Virus record (IMG/VR): IMGVR_UViG_3300023109_000011
Location: 1 to 64,000 of that record
Strand: one strand, 5' to 3'
DNA length: 64,000 bases
DNA from: a virus
How positions within the stretch are numbered: the stretch's first letter is position 1; each line of letters begins with the position of its first letter. This document shows positions 7,578 to 17,513 of the stretch, in pieces. Position numbers and translations under genes: made by a program. The notes beneath the pieces were generated by a model that did no database searches, was not told the DNA's origin, and was given only the letters and a program-made list of their open reading frames with translations.

Positions 7578-9092
7578 TTATATCGCTTCTTTGGCGAAGT
7601 CAAGAATCTCTTGAAAACCCTTCTTATCTTTCATAAGAGTGGCTTCCATCTCTTTACGATTTTTAGGATTTAATCCTTTCATAAGAGCATTGATTACTTT
7701 AATATCTGCCATTTGGATTTTAACACTGTCACCATTCTTAAGCTTAAGATTACCAGGCTTAAAGGTAGCTTCTTCTAAGCTTTCTTTTACTTGGTAACCA
7801 GCTGATTTAGCTAAACCAGGGTGAACGTCTGCAGCGTCTTCTTGATCTCCATAATGATCTACCGCAAATTTCCAAACATCTCTTGGTTCACCACTCACGT
7901 ATGCTTGACCATCACCGTGTATTGAGATTTTAACTTTGAATCTTTTTTCGTGTGATGCTTTTTGACTGTCGTTACCGATATAATCTACATCGATTTTTGC
8001 TTCGTTCAAGTCAAATTCTACCGACTCTTTCTTGTCACGAGGATCGGGAGTCTGATCTTGATATTTCAAAGTTGAACGACGCTTTACATCTTTGTAATCG
8101 GCATCTTTACCTTGTGCTTTTAGCTGGTCTCTTTTCTTCTTTGCTTCATCACTGGTTGGGTACTTAGCAACAGGATTCTTAGTATCACCATCGACATATA
8201 CGATGTAATCTCTTTCCATACTACCTGCACCTGACATGGCGCTAAAAGACTTACCTACTCGACCAGCCCTCGCTTCTTTTACTTCAGTTTCTTCGTAAAC
8301 ACCAGCAGCAAGATCATCTTCATCCTTATCAGCTGCATACTTACCAGCTGAATAAGCATATAGACTCTTCATCATAGAAAAAGTATTAGCTAATTTGTTT
8401 TGATACCACTCTTCAGGATCATCACCATCAGCAAGATCTTCCATAATCTCATCTGCAGCATAAGCAATGAAGTGGAGTTGACGCATCATCATTGGAATTT
8501 CTTGTTGAGGATCTTCAGAAACGTATTCAGGAGATTCGCTGATGGGATCTTCATCGAAATCTTCTTCTACATATTCGCCAGTAACAACTACCTTTTCAAT
8601 TAAACCTTTAAACGTGAGCTTAGACTTAGGCGCAGTAGATTCTTTAGCAAACGTAGGATCTATTTTATAACCGTCTTTTTGCAGTTGTGCAATTTTCTTT
8701 TTATCTGTCTTAGGTACTGTCGCACTTTGAAACCCACCCTTAGTTCTTGTCAATTTGACATGGGTCTTTGGGCCAGTAAGATCTTTAGACTTGTCAGCCA
8801 TCTTATCCTGTCCCCAGAATTGTCCTTCTTCAACTTCTTCAACTTCTTCGTCAATGTCACGAGGCATTTTGAAAGGAGCGTCTTTAACAGCATACTGAGG
8901 ATCATAAGTAGCGTCACCCTCTTGATCTGGAGCTCGTTTCTGTTTTGTAACGCCTTCAATCTCTCCCGTAAACTGAGAATCGAGAGCGACCGGGTGCTTA
9001 ATAAGCTCGACCTTATGTAAATCTTTAAAGCGCTGTTCTTCACCTGATTTAGGCTGCGCTACTTCGGAAAGAAGGTCCTTAAACTGTTTCAT
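7578..9092 (-). CDS. prohead core / internal head protein (modular, many protease-type sites)
   Basis: Occupies the gp67/gp68 position between gp20 and gp21; N-terminus MKQFKDLLSE resembles the T4 capsid-targeting sequence; many (I/L/V)-x-E sites. Confidence 0.6.
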   Translation of the reverse strand: MKQFKDLLSEVAQPKSGEEQRFKDLHKVELIKHPVALDSQFTGEIEGVTKQKRAPDQEGDATYDPQYAVKDAPFKMPRDIDEEVEEVEEGQFWGQDKMADKSKDLTGPKTHVKLTRTKGGFQSATVPKTDKKKIAQLQKDGYKIDPTFAKESTAPKSKLTFKGLIEKVVVTGEYVEEDFDEDPISESPEYVSEDPQQEIPMMMRQLHFIAYAADEIMEDLADGDDPEEWYQNKLANTFSMMKSLYAYSAGKYAADKDEDDLAAGVYEETEVKEARAGRVGKSFSAMSGAGSMERDYIVYVDGDTKNPVAKYPTSDEAKKKRDQLKAQGKDADYKDVKRRSTLKYQDQTPDPRDKKESVEFDLNEAKIDVDYIGNDSQKASHEKRFKVKISIHGDGQAYVSGEPRDVWKFAVDHYGDQEDAADVHPGLAKSAGYQVKESLEEATFKPGNLKLKNGDSVKIQMADIKVINALMKGLNPKNRKEMEATLMKDKKGFQEILDFAKEAI

Positions 9093-9129
9093 TATTAGAT
9101 CCCTGTTTTATTTAAAGTGTTATACCCAA

Positions 9130-9137
9130 TATTTATA
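9130..9137 (-). promoter_or_regulatory. T4-type late promoter TATAAATA
   Basis: Exact consensus between gp20 and the 504-aa gene. Confidence 0.85.
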
Positions 9138-9150
9138 TTCTAGTGGTTTG

Positions 9151-10698
9151 CTATTCTTCAACATCATCTTCTGGCGGTTCAGCATCAACGTCATCAACTG
9201 GTTCTTCTTCTTCTTTTTCCGCTTCAATCTGATCTTGCATTTCTTTGTAATTTTCTTCTGACATTTGAAGAACATTACGGACAACCCACTCTTTAGAATA
9301 ATACTTACCAATTTGTTCTTCAATATCCCTAAGGGTGTTTAATCTTTCTCGAAGAATTTCAGCTTCTTTCAATTCAGTAAAATAGTTGTCTTGAATAAAG
9401 TCATATCGAATATCATTTCGAATGTTTTCAAATTCTTCAGGAGTAAGAATACCCTTCAAAATAAGTTGCTTTTCTAAAACAATATTAAATAACCAACCAA
9501 ACCTAGCTCTTATTCTACGAATGAATTTACCAAACTTTAATTCATCTCGAGTAATTTCACTTGATCTACCGAATGATGCCATTGTTTCAGGCTCTAAACG
9601 GCTTAATGGTACCTTCAACGCCTTATATAGTTTACGTTGAAAGTACAGCATATTTTCGTCTGTGCTCAAGCCCTGTGCATTACCACCGGCAAGAGTATCA
9701 ACCTCTGTGGATCGCTCACCACCTCGGCGAGGGAACCAAAAATCTTCAGTCATTGTCATCATCTTACGAGAATCGCTAATCTCACCAGTTGATGCATTGT
9801 ACTGTAACTTATTCTTATGGCGAGTCATCATATCACGTAGATATTGCTCTGCCTTATTCTTTGGCAAGTTACCAACATCGATATAGAATATTCGACGCTC
9901 TGGAGCCCTTGTCAAAGTGTAGATAACCGTAGCATCTTCCAACATACGCAGTTGGTTAAGAGGCTTAATCGAAGGATGCAAATGAGATAATACTAAACTA
10001 TTATTCTCATTCATCAACCCCGATGTTACCCTAGCAACTGAATCCTTAGCAATACGGATTCCGTTTACTGCTCCGGTAGTACCTCCGCCACTCTTACTTC
10101 CTGCGAAACCGGCATCCGAGTACATATAGTACTCGTTTTTAATCTTCTTTGTGTTAATACCTGAGTGCGGATCTTTATTCTTCTTGTCCATTTCTCGAAT
10201 AAGCTTAAGCTTTCGAGCATCGACATATCTTAACTCACGTATTCCCTTCTTTAATTGATCTGGATCAATAATGATATGATAGTTAATTCGACCGTCTACA
10301 TAAAACTTGTAGAACATATCATATCCGTTATTGGCCATATCAAATAGAGCTAAAACATTATTGAATTCTTCAGTAATCTTTTCTTTAACTCTATCAGGTA
10401 GATCTGCTTCATCTAAGATAATATCAACTACCTGATCATTAGTATCAACACTAATAGCTTCGTTTACAATATCATCAATAGCTTGAGCTATCTCTGGTTG
10501 CATTGCCATTCCACGATATTTTGTGATAAGTTCCGATTCTGACTTTGCAGAACCTTCCATATCAAGTATCGTACTGTAAAACCCACCCAGCGAATTACCA
10601 TCAACGGTAATTGCCCCATCGTCATTATGAGGCTCGGCAAACGAGACTGGTGTGTCGTCGTCTTCCGGCCTCTTGATTTCAAAACCAAAGAGCTTCAT
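9151..10698 (-). CDS. gp20: portal protein, T4 gp20-like
   Basis: MKLFGFEI, NQLRMLEDA.VIY...RAPERRIFYIDVGNLPK.KAEQYL, EDFWFPRR, EITRDELKF.KFI. Confidence 0.98.
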   Translation of the reverse strand: MKLFGFEIKRPEDDDTPVSFAEPHNDDGAITVDGNSLGGFYSTILDMEGSAKSESELITKYRGMAMQPEIAQAIDDIVNEAISVDTNDQVVDIILDEADLPDRVKEKITEEFNNVLALFDMANNGYDMFYKFYVDGRINYHIIIDPDQLKKGIRELRYVDARKLKLIREMDKKNKDPHSGINTKKIKNEYYMYSDAGFAGSKSGGGTTGAVNGIRIAKDSVARVTSGLMNENNSLVLSHLHPSIKPLNQLRMLEDATVIYTLTRAPERRIFYIDVGNLPKNKAEQYLRDMMTRHKNKLQYNASTGEISDSRKMMTMTEDFWFPRRGGERSTEVDTLAGGNAQGLSTDENMLYFQRKLYKALKVPLSRLEPETMASFGRSSEITRDELKFGKFIRRIRARFGWLFNIVLEKQLILKGILTPEEFENIRNDIRYDFIQDNYFTELKEAEILRERLNTLRDIEEQIGKYYSKEWVVRNVLQMSEENYKEMQDQIEAEKEEEEPVDDVDAEPPEDDVEE

Positions 10699-10719
10699 TC
10701 TATATTCCTATATCAATAA

Positions 10720-11253
10720 TTATGTAGTTGAAATTCCAGTTGTTCCCTCGACTCTCCAGAAGTCGTATTGGAACGTAACTGTAAATTCTTCAATGGTATC
10801 TGTGGTGCTCCAATCCATAGCGATATCGCTAATGTTAATTGGGTGCAAACCTTCAAATACATAGGTACGTATTGCATCTCCGTCTTTACTATATTGTGTA
10901 ATGATTCCGTTTGATTTGTAATCCTGTGGAAGTCCTCTCAAGTTACCATCGTGTGTATTGATGGAATTTGACCATGCTTCCATAGCGTTACGTACTAAGA
11001 AATCTTCGTCGTTAATTACTGTAACGGTCCAATCTTCAAATGTTCTATCACCTGCATACTTAACTTGCCGACCAAAGTATGGTGCTTGAAAAGTTCCAAG
11101 GTTCGAGGCAGGAATACCTGCTGCTCGAACCATGAATGGGACTTTAATGTCGGCCGCTGGATCAACAGGGTTTAGGATTTGAACTTGGAACAATGTTGGA
11201 CGAGCGCCCCCACCTACTAGCTGGGACTTAAACTCGTTAATGTTAAATGCCAT
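10720..11253 (-). CDS. gp19: tail tube protein, T4 gp19-like
   Basis: GGARPTLFQV, GDRTFEDWTVTVINDEDF, IEEFTVTFQYD. Confidence 0.97.
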   Translation of the reverse strand: MAFNINEFKSQLVGGGARPTLFQVQILNPVDPAADIKVPFMVRAAGIPASNLGTFQAPYFGRQVKYAGDRTFEDWTVTVINDEDFLVRNAMEAWSNSINTHDGNLRGLPQDYKSNGIITQYSKDGDAIRTYVFEGLHPINISDIAMDWSTTDTIEEFTVTFQYDFWRVEGTTGISTT

Positions 11254-11286
11254 GTTCGCGTTCTCCTTTAAACTAATTAGTATTTA

Positions 11287-13365
11287 TTATGAAATTGAGC
11301 CAACAATTTCGTCGAACTCAACCCCAGTTCGTGTTGCCACGAACGTAAGTTCAATCACGTTAATAGATCGTGCAGGCTTAATAAAGATATTCGCTCTAAA
11401 TTTACCTTGATCAATAACGACAGGAGTATTAACCGTTGAATCAGAAATTACTCGGAAGTCAATGATACCGCGACGACCTTGTATATCTCTCAAGAAAGGC
11501 TCGACAATATTCTTAAACTGAGTCTGAGTAAATTCATCATTCAATTCAAACAAAAACCCTTGTGCTGCATTAGCAATTGCTTTTTCAACCGCAATAAACA
11601 ATCTACGAACATTGAGTCGATCAAATGCACTCTGCGTTCCCAAACCGGTCTTGTCACCAAATAGAACGATACCTTGTCCTACTTGACTCATTACTGGGTT
11701 AATGTCGCTGCTGTAGAGCTGATCACGTTGTGCTTTATTAGGATTGAACGCAAGTTTAACAACATTCTTAATAACACCTTTACGGAAACCTGCTGGTGAC
11801 TCGAAAGGCTCAACTCGAGAAGCTAGACCTGCCATATCGCCATTCAGAGGTACAAAGCGATAAACGTCATTGTACTTATCATAACGATACTTATAACCTG
11901 AATCCATGAACCAGTAAGAACTATTCTGAAGTCGATTACGGTAAGAAATTACGTTTGAAAGCATTGCGTTAGACTTAGATTCATCTACTACATCTTCTTT
12001 AGAAGGTGATAAGAATGCAATTGCATCTTTACGACTATCAACAACATTACTGATAATGTAGTTTGCTCGTGTAGCTAATCGATCGCCCTTACCTTGTAGA
12101 ACAAAGGAAACGTCGATTTCATTTGGATTAGCGTAGTAATCGTAACCTTCGGCTAATGCTTGGAGAGATACGGTAGATTCAGTTGAACCATCTGCACCAA
12201 ACATTAGTACTTCTGTTTGAGAAGTTGCAGCTTCAAAGTGTGCAGTGTTTGCAACCTTAACCCAAGCTGAATTTTGAGCAATAGCATCTTTGTAGTAGTT
12301 AGTGCGACCATCAGGAAGCTTAGCGGCTGTATTAGTTGAAACGTTGATATAAGTTTCGATGAATTCGCCTGGTGCACCTGTAATTTCACCGTTGCGATCA
12401 ATGACCGCGATGTGGTAGTTACCGGTTGATGGTGCTTTACCGAATACACCAGCTAAACTTGAACGCTTTTCAAATGATAGCTTACTAATTGCTGATTCGA
12501 AAAGAGCGTAGTTTTCAACAAATTTGACAGTATATTGATAGTAAGATATTGTATCGCGAACGGTAGCATTATTAGCTGGGTCAGAAGGAGCTTCAACTTC
12601 TAAACCGTATTGGTCTAGTGCCATTTCACTCCAAGACTGAATTTGCATGTCTTGATAGCCGACTGAATCGTTACCGACACGTATTGTGTCACCAGCCACA
12701 ATCGAAAAACCACCTTCAGGCCAGATTGCGTAATCACCACCAATTCGCTCAACATTGGTCATTAGCAGAGTTACGTCGTCATCACCGTATGCCATAGAAT
12801 CTGAGAAAGTTCCTGCGGGAATGTTATTCGCTACAGCGACATATGTTTGACCATCTTTAGCTTGGCCGACTGAGACTACGTCTGTAATAAACGATTCTGA
12901 ATTAACATATACAACATCAATTTCGTTTCCTAATGAGCCTGCATATAATCCTTCGAAAGCACCGATTTCTGTATTCGCTCGGTCAATGGTACCTGTCGTT
13001 CCTGGAGTTTCGCCAGCGACGAAACCATTTGTTGAATTTGCTGTAACGGTTTCAGTATTCGCATCAAAATAGATGAGATCGGTCACACCCTCAGCAGCTA
13101 CCGAGCCATCATCGACACGAGTAACCCAAAGAGCGGACGAGTATGAGAGGTAATCTGCTGCAGTGAAAAATGTTTCGTAGTTATCGTCGTCTGGAGTACC
13201 GAAACGATCTACTAATTCATTTTCCGAAGAAACAAGAACAGTCTCATTTACCGGACCCCATCTAAAAACACCCGCTATTGCTGCAGGTGGCGTTGCGATG
13301 GCTGGTACCGCTGCTGACGCGTCCACTTCACGAACGATTACAGAGGGACTTACGGAAAAAGCCAT
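11287..13365 (-). CDS. gp18: tail sheath protein, T4 gp18-like
   Basis: SP.V.VREVD, G.FRWGP, YDKYND.YR.VPLNGD.AG, SPAG..KG, SAFDRLNVRRLF, IKPARSIN.IEL.FVA. Confidence 0.98.
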   Translation of the reverse strand: MAFSVSPSVIVREVDASAAVPAIATPPAAIAGVFRWGPVNETVLVSSENELVDRFGTPDDDNYETFFTAADYLSYSSALWVTRVDDGSVAAEGVTDLIYFDANTETVTANSTNGFVAGETPGTTGTIDRANTEIGAFEGLYAGSLGNEIDVVYVNSESFITDVVSVGQAKDGQTYVAVANNIPAGTFSDSMAYGDDDVTLLMTNVERIGGDYAIWPEGGFSIVAGDTIRVGNDSVGYQDMQIQSWSEMALDQYGLEVEAPSDPANNATVRDTISYYQYTVKFVENYALFESAISKLSFEKRSSLAGVFGKAPSTGNYHIAVIDRNGEITGAPGEFIETYINVSTNTAAKLPDGRTNYYKDAIAQNSAWVKVANTAHFEAATSQTEVLMFGADGSTESTVSLQALAEGYDYYANPNEIDVSFVLQGKGDRLATRANYIISNVVDSRKDAIAFLSPSKEDVVDESKSNAMLSNVISYRNRLQNSSYWFMDSGYKYRYDKYNDVYRFVPLNGDMAGLASRVEPFESPAGFRKGVIKNVVKLAFNPNKAQRDQLYSSDINPVMSQVGQGIVLFGDKTGLGTQSAFDRLNVRRLFIAVEKAIANAAQGFLFELNDEFTQTQFKNIVEPFLRDIQGRRGIIDFRVISDSTVNTPVVIDQGKFRANIFIKPARSINVIELTFVATRTGVEFDEIVGSIS

Positions 13366-13429
13366 ATTATTCTCCTTTAATTATTATCTATTAAACCTAG
13401 TAGTTTTTTTAATTAGTTATCACTAATTC

Positions 13430-13437
13430 TATTTATA
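13430..13437 (-). promoter_or_regulatory. T4-type late promoter TATAAATA upstream of gp18
   Basis: Exact consensus in the gp17-gp18 gap. Confidence 0.85.
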
Positions 13438-13449
13438 AAATCCAAGGGT

Positions 13450-15057
13450 TTATAATTCCCATGCGTTCCGAGCATCTTGAAGTCCGTCGTCGTAGACGTC
13501 ATCATCACCAACATCAATAAAACCAAATGGAAGTAAATCTTGATCAATTTCTTCTTCGGTTTTCTGTCTTAACTTCATCATCGTGTGTATGTCAGTCATA
13601 TCTTTGAAGTACATTTGGTCAGTTAGCCAAGCAAATATTACTAAGTTCATTACTAAATCATCATGAGAACCAGATTCCGCTTCGTATGAGGATCCTCTTT
13701 TCGAAAAACGTGATAACTCTTGTATTGTGTTATAGTCTTGTACTATCAGCTGATTTTGTTCAATCAGCATTTTTAAAATAGAACAACCAACAGACTTAAC
13801 AGATTTGGTTGTTCGAATTCCATTATCTACTTTTTTTCCAAAGCCGCTTGAAATGCGTTTACCATTTCGACCTGCGCTCTCAGTGTAAAGAAGATTCTCA
13901 TAACCATAGTCCATTAAGAGTACGTCTGATACCTGTTCACCGATATCATTAATTTCGATTAAAACCGCACCCTCATTGTACATTAGTCCTACTCTATATA
14001 TAACAGAAGCAAAATCGACCGGACCAACGAAGTTATCTCGAAAGACACATACTTGCTTGTATGGCATCTCAGTAATGTCGATCACATTAAATGTTGAATA
14101 GTCGAGACCTTTACCTCTCGATACGTCAACTGTTATTGCATATGTGCGACCTTCAATTGCCGCTTCATATTGTGTTAGCCCTTCTCGATCTTCGATAGGG
14201 CGAGAATAAGCAAGCTCTTTAAGTTTACTACCATCTATTAATGTGCCAGAACTACCTAAGAATTCTCCACAGTATTCTTGTTTAAACTTTTGCTCATCGA
14301 AGTCAAGAGCTTCTAATGTTTCCTGTCTCCACTTTTCATCACGACCAGGCACATCGGTCCAAGTTACCTTAACAAACTCGTAACCATTTGTTCCTTCTTC
14401 AGCGCCTTTACATGTTTTCCAAAAATGATTCAATCCGTTTGGTGTGGAAGTCATTAATAGTTTTGTACTCTCACCAGAAGAGATTGTAGGATATACTGAA
14501 GCGAAAAACTCATCGTATCCCTCAATAAACGCAACCTCATCAAGATACAAGAATGATATTGACTTACCTCGAATGGCTGATGAAGAAGTAGTACCTGCAT
14601 AAATCTTGCAACCATTCTCAAGTACAATATTAAATTTGTTCCATTCTTCTACGCCCTGTTGCATCCACTTAGGTAATGCTTCATATGCAATCTTAACTCG
14701 ATCAAGTACTTCTTTTGCAGCATCTCCTTTGTTAGCGAGAATAGCAACTGTTTTGTACTCATTGAATAAGATATAATGTAGAATCACAGCAACAGCTGTA
14801 GTCGTTTTACCAGCCTGTCGAGCTGTTAATACTGCTACTCGACGATTGTTTGTAATCTTTTCTGTAATTTCTTTTTGATAATCATACATATCAAGAGGAA
14901 CAAATCCTCTATCAACATGTACAATTTTAATATAACTCTCAGCAAAGTAGATTGGGTCTTTTAAGCATTTCATATACTCCTTTAAATTGTCTGGAGTAAA
15001 TTCAATCTGTTCACCAATTCGCTTTAGATTGTTATTACCAAGATAGCCACTACTCAT
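13450..15057 (-). CDS. gp17: terminase large subunit, T4 gp17-like
   Basis: YLGN.NLK, Walker A RQAGKTT, Walker B LYLDEVAF, STPNG, DVSRG.G.DYS, HDDLVM; no intein; ATG 15057 preferred. Confidence 0.98.
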   Translation of the reverse strand: MSSGYLGNNNLKRIGEQIEFTPDNLKEYMKCLKDPIYFAESYIKIVHVDRGFVPLDMYDYQKEITEKITNNRRVAVLTARQAGKTTTAVAVILHYILFNEYKTVAILANKGDAAKEVLDRVKIAYEALPKWMQQGVEEWNKFNIVLENGCKIYAGTTSSSAIRGKSISFLYLDEVAFIEGYDEFFASVYPTISSGESTKLLMTSTPNGLNHFWKTCKGAEEGTNGYEFVKVTWTDVPGRDEKWRQETLEALDFDEQKFKQEYCGEFLGSSGTLIDGSKLKELAYSRPIEDREGLTQYEAAIEGRTYAITVDVSRGKGLDYSTFNVIDITEMPYKQVCVFRDNFVGPVDFASVIYRVGLMYNEGAVLIEINDIGEQVSDVLLMDYGYENLLYTESAGRNGKRISSGFGKKVDNGIRTTKSVKSVGCSILKMLIEQNQLIVQDYNTIQELSRFSKRGSSYEAESGSHDDLVMNLVIFAWLTDQMYFKDMTDIHTMMKLRQKTEEEIDQDLLPFGFIDVGDDDVYDDGLQDARNAWEL

Positions 15058-15559
15058 CTTCACCCTTTATCATTTTAAGTAAGTCGGCAGTTGATACAAT
15101 TAGATTATTATTCGTAACCTGAGTTTCTGCTTGCTTTTCTTCTTTAGCATATCTTTTCTTTGTTGACATTTCAACATAATCTTTGTTAGCGTCAAGTAGT
15201 GTTTTCATTAAAGTGGATACAACTTCAAAGGCTCGAGGTGATTCTGACTGCTTTGCAATTTCCACCATTTCTTTAACCGAGTCATCTCCAAGTTGAATAA
15301 TATTCTCAATGTTTTTCTTAGCTAATTCGATATCCTTAAGGTTCTCATCAGCATTCTTTTCTGCTACGGTTGGGAGTTGAGGCTCAGCCACTTCAGCTGG
15401 AACCGGCAGGTTTTCAGCTGCAGCTGGAACCGGCAGGTTTTCAGCAGGTTTTATTTCTTCTTGATTAAAAGAATTGGCAGGAAGGGAAATCTTCATATCT
15501 TCTCTCGCATCTTCCAAGGGTCTCATACTTAATAACTCTGCTATTTTATCATCACTCAT
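15050..15559 (-). CDS. gp16: terminase small subunit, gp16-like
   Basis: A.QSESPRAFEVVS.L.K, TNNNLIVST.DL.KMI typical of marine T4-like gp16; ATGA overlap supports start 15559. Confidence 0.9.
   Translation of the reverse strand: MSDDKIAELLSMRPLEDAREDMKISLPANSFNQEEIKPAENLPVPAAAENLPVPAEVAEPQLPTVAEKNADENLKDIELAKKNIENIIQLGDDSVKEMVEIAKQSESPRAFEVVSTLMKTLLDANKDYVEMSTKKRYAKEEKQAETQVTNNNLIVSTADLLKMIKGEDE
15394..15445. repeat. in-frame tandem duplication in gp16 (period 27 bp)
   Basis: CAGCTGGAACCGGCAGGTTTTCAGC at 15394-15418 and 15421-15445; encodes AENLPVPA twice. Confidence 0.9.
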
Positions 15560-15969
15560 TTCAAGCACTCCTGTACACGCTTTCTCAAATCACTACTGCT
15601 AAAACGATGACCTCTTTGATTAAAGTATAGATCAATGTCTCTCATACGACAAATATCTTTCCCAGTAAAATCTTTATCGCGATACTCTTCGCCTAATATT
15701 CTTACATGAATTGTATATAATTCAAGTATGTCTTCTAAATCTTTTTCAGTTGAGTATGGAATGATCTCATCTACATAACTCACTGCTTTTAGTTGTGTAT
15801 ATCTTTCTACTATTGTTTGAGCAGGAGAGTTTTTGTTACTCCTATCAAGACCAGGATCCATTTGCAATCCTACCATCAAATAATCACATTGAGCTTTTGC
15901 ATCTCTTAACATTTGTACATGGCCTGCATGCAGCAAATCAAATGCGCTACAGGTAAATCCAACCTTCAT
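15556..15969 (-). CDS. glycerol-3-phosphate cytidylyltransferase (TagD)-like
   Basis: GFT.SAFDLLHAGH (HxGH), L.VGLQ.DP, ER..QL.A..YVDEI, RILGEEY, R.HRFSSS.LR. Confidence 0.88.
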   Translation of the reverse strand: MKVGFTCSAFDLLHAGHVQMLRDAKAQCDYLMVGLQMDPGLDRSNKNSPAQTIVERYTQLKAVSYVDEIIPYSTEKDLEDILELYTIHVRILGEEYRDKDFTGKDICRMRDIDLYFNQRGHRFSSSDLRKRVQECLK

Positions 15970-15981
15970 AATACATCCTTG

Positions 15982-16797
15982 TTAGGATGGCGGGGTATCC
16001 GATATCTGTTCGGCATAATCCCAGTCATCATCAAATTCAATTAAACTATAATCTACACTAAGTTCTTGTTTTGTCGTTGGTGTATTGTTAGCAGTCATCC
16101 CTGGCTGTAGAGTATAGAACTCCTCAAAGTCTGAGTTAACATCAGTGTCAGTTGCATAACGAACATCAACAAACTTAATAATACCTTTTTGCTTTTCTGG
16201 ACCAAAGAACCAAGCCTTCATTGTAAAGTTTAAAGTATATAATATGCTTTGCCTTTCTTCAAATCCACCTTCATATAGATCTTCCATGCTAACACCATTT
16301 AGTATTAGTGGTATATCTATAGGTTCAAGACCATCGATCAATCGAACAGTTTGAGTAAAATCTGGTTGAAAGAATGGAATGATTTGCTCAAGAATTTTAG
16401 TAGCATCTTCTTGGTACTTAGTCATAATAAACAATTGGAAATCTAAATTGTATGGTGCACCAGCATATACAAACTTACGACCACCAACAGCATCATCAGT
16501 AACTGTTTTACGAATCTTAGTAATAGGTGAAATTTTACGTTCACCGTCGTAAGACATGCCGGTCATTTCAAACGACATACGAGGTAAAGTAATTGCAGCC
16601 TTTGCGCTGTAATCCGGATTCTGATCTAAGCGAGCTAGTATTTTTTGGAATGGTGCATAAGAAATTGGAACAATCATTCTTTTAGTAGTTGTTTGATTGT
16701 TGTCAATACGCTCTACAGTCAACTGATTAAAGTACGTGCCAAATAAAGCTACGTACTTTCGAGTTGTCGCATTATAGAAATAATTTGCAATCGCCAT
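15982..16797 (-). CDS. gp15: tail sheath stabilizer / completion protein, gp15-like
   Basis: YFYN...RKYVALFG..FN, VPISYAP..K, LPRMSFE, QILEQI.PFF.P-like, YTLNFT.K. Confidence 0.95.
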   Translation of the reverse strand: MAIANYFYNATTRKYVALFGTYFNQLTVERIDNNQTTTKRMIVPISYAPFQKILARLDQNPDYSAKAAITLPRMSFEMTGMSYDGERKISPITKIRKTVTDDAVGGRKFVYAGAPYNLDFQLFIMTKYQEDATKILEQIIPFFQPDFTQTVRLIDGLEPIDIPLILNGVSMEDLYEGGFEERQSILYTLNFTMKAWFFGPEKQKGIIKFVDVRYATDTDVNSDFEEFYTLQPGMTANNTPTTKQELSVDYSLIEFDDDWDYAEQISDTPPS

Positions 16798-17504
16798 TAT
16801 GAATCCTGAATAGTAATATTTTCGCTAAATGGATCTGACTCTGAGAAGTCGACTATGTTATCACCTTCAGTTTCAAATACGTAGTTACGTGCTAATGTGT
16901 CAGCACCATCTGTAACACCGAACTGATCGCCGGTTGTATTTGCAAGAGCTTGTAGAGTATCGGTTTGAGTTGTATCGATTTCATCAAAGTAATTATCAAT
17001 AGCTTCGCGACCTGTTTCAAATCTTTGACCGCTGAATTCAATAAGTTCAGCCTTCATGTCAGATACTTGTAAAGCACCACTCTGGTAGAATACACTCTCG
17101 TGTTCTACGAACTTGATTTCAAACATTTTTTCGTTGAGTGGGAAGTAGATGAGATCGCCCTCGCGTGGACGTACCATTTCTGGTAGTTCGCGAGTAACAA
17201 ACCTTTCGAATGTGCGATTCGCTACAGAGAACGTAACGGAGTCTCGTATTTGTAAACCAAACTTAGATAGGAAGTCACCTTCACCTTCAAACCCATCGAC
17301 ATTCTTAACATAGCATTCAAAGTGGAAGGTTTCGTCATATAGCGGCATGTCGTCTTCATTAAAAATATCATCACGGCCTGTTATAGAACGCTTAATGTAA
17401 ATTATATCGACACCATACATACGAATGCTTTCGATAACTAAGTCATCGATAAGCTGTTGCTCATTAAAGTTATCGTAGTTTCGAAAGAATACATTAGTTG
17501 CCAT
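16797..17504 (-). CDS. gp14: neck protein, gp14-like
   Basis: EQ.LIDDLVIESI.MYG.D, G.GDFLSKFGLQIRD, RP.EGDLIYFP, FEIKFVEHE, DFSESDPF. Confidence 0.95.
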   Translation of the reverse strand: MATNVFFRNYDNFNEQQLIDDLVIESIRMYGVDIIYIKRSITGRDDIFNEDDMPLYDETFHFECYVKNVDGFEGEGDFLSKFGLQIRDSVTFSVANRTFERFVTRELPEMVRPREGDLIYFPLNEKMFEIKFVEHESVFYQSGALQVSDMKAELIEFSGQRFETGREAIDNYFDEIDTTQTDTLQALANTTGDQFGVTDGADTLARNYVFETEGDNIVDFSESDPFSENITIQDS

Positions 17505-17513
17505 GATTCAAAA

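Noticed and set aside
13450-15057. Intein or intron in terminase, portal or capsid genes
   Set aside because: Lengths and motif spacing are normal and the frames are uninterrupted
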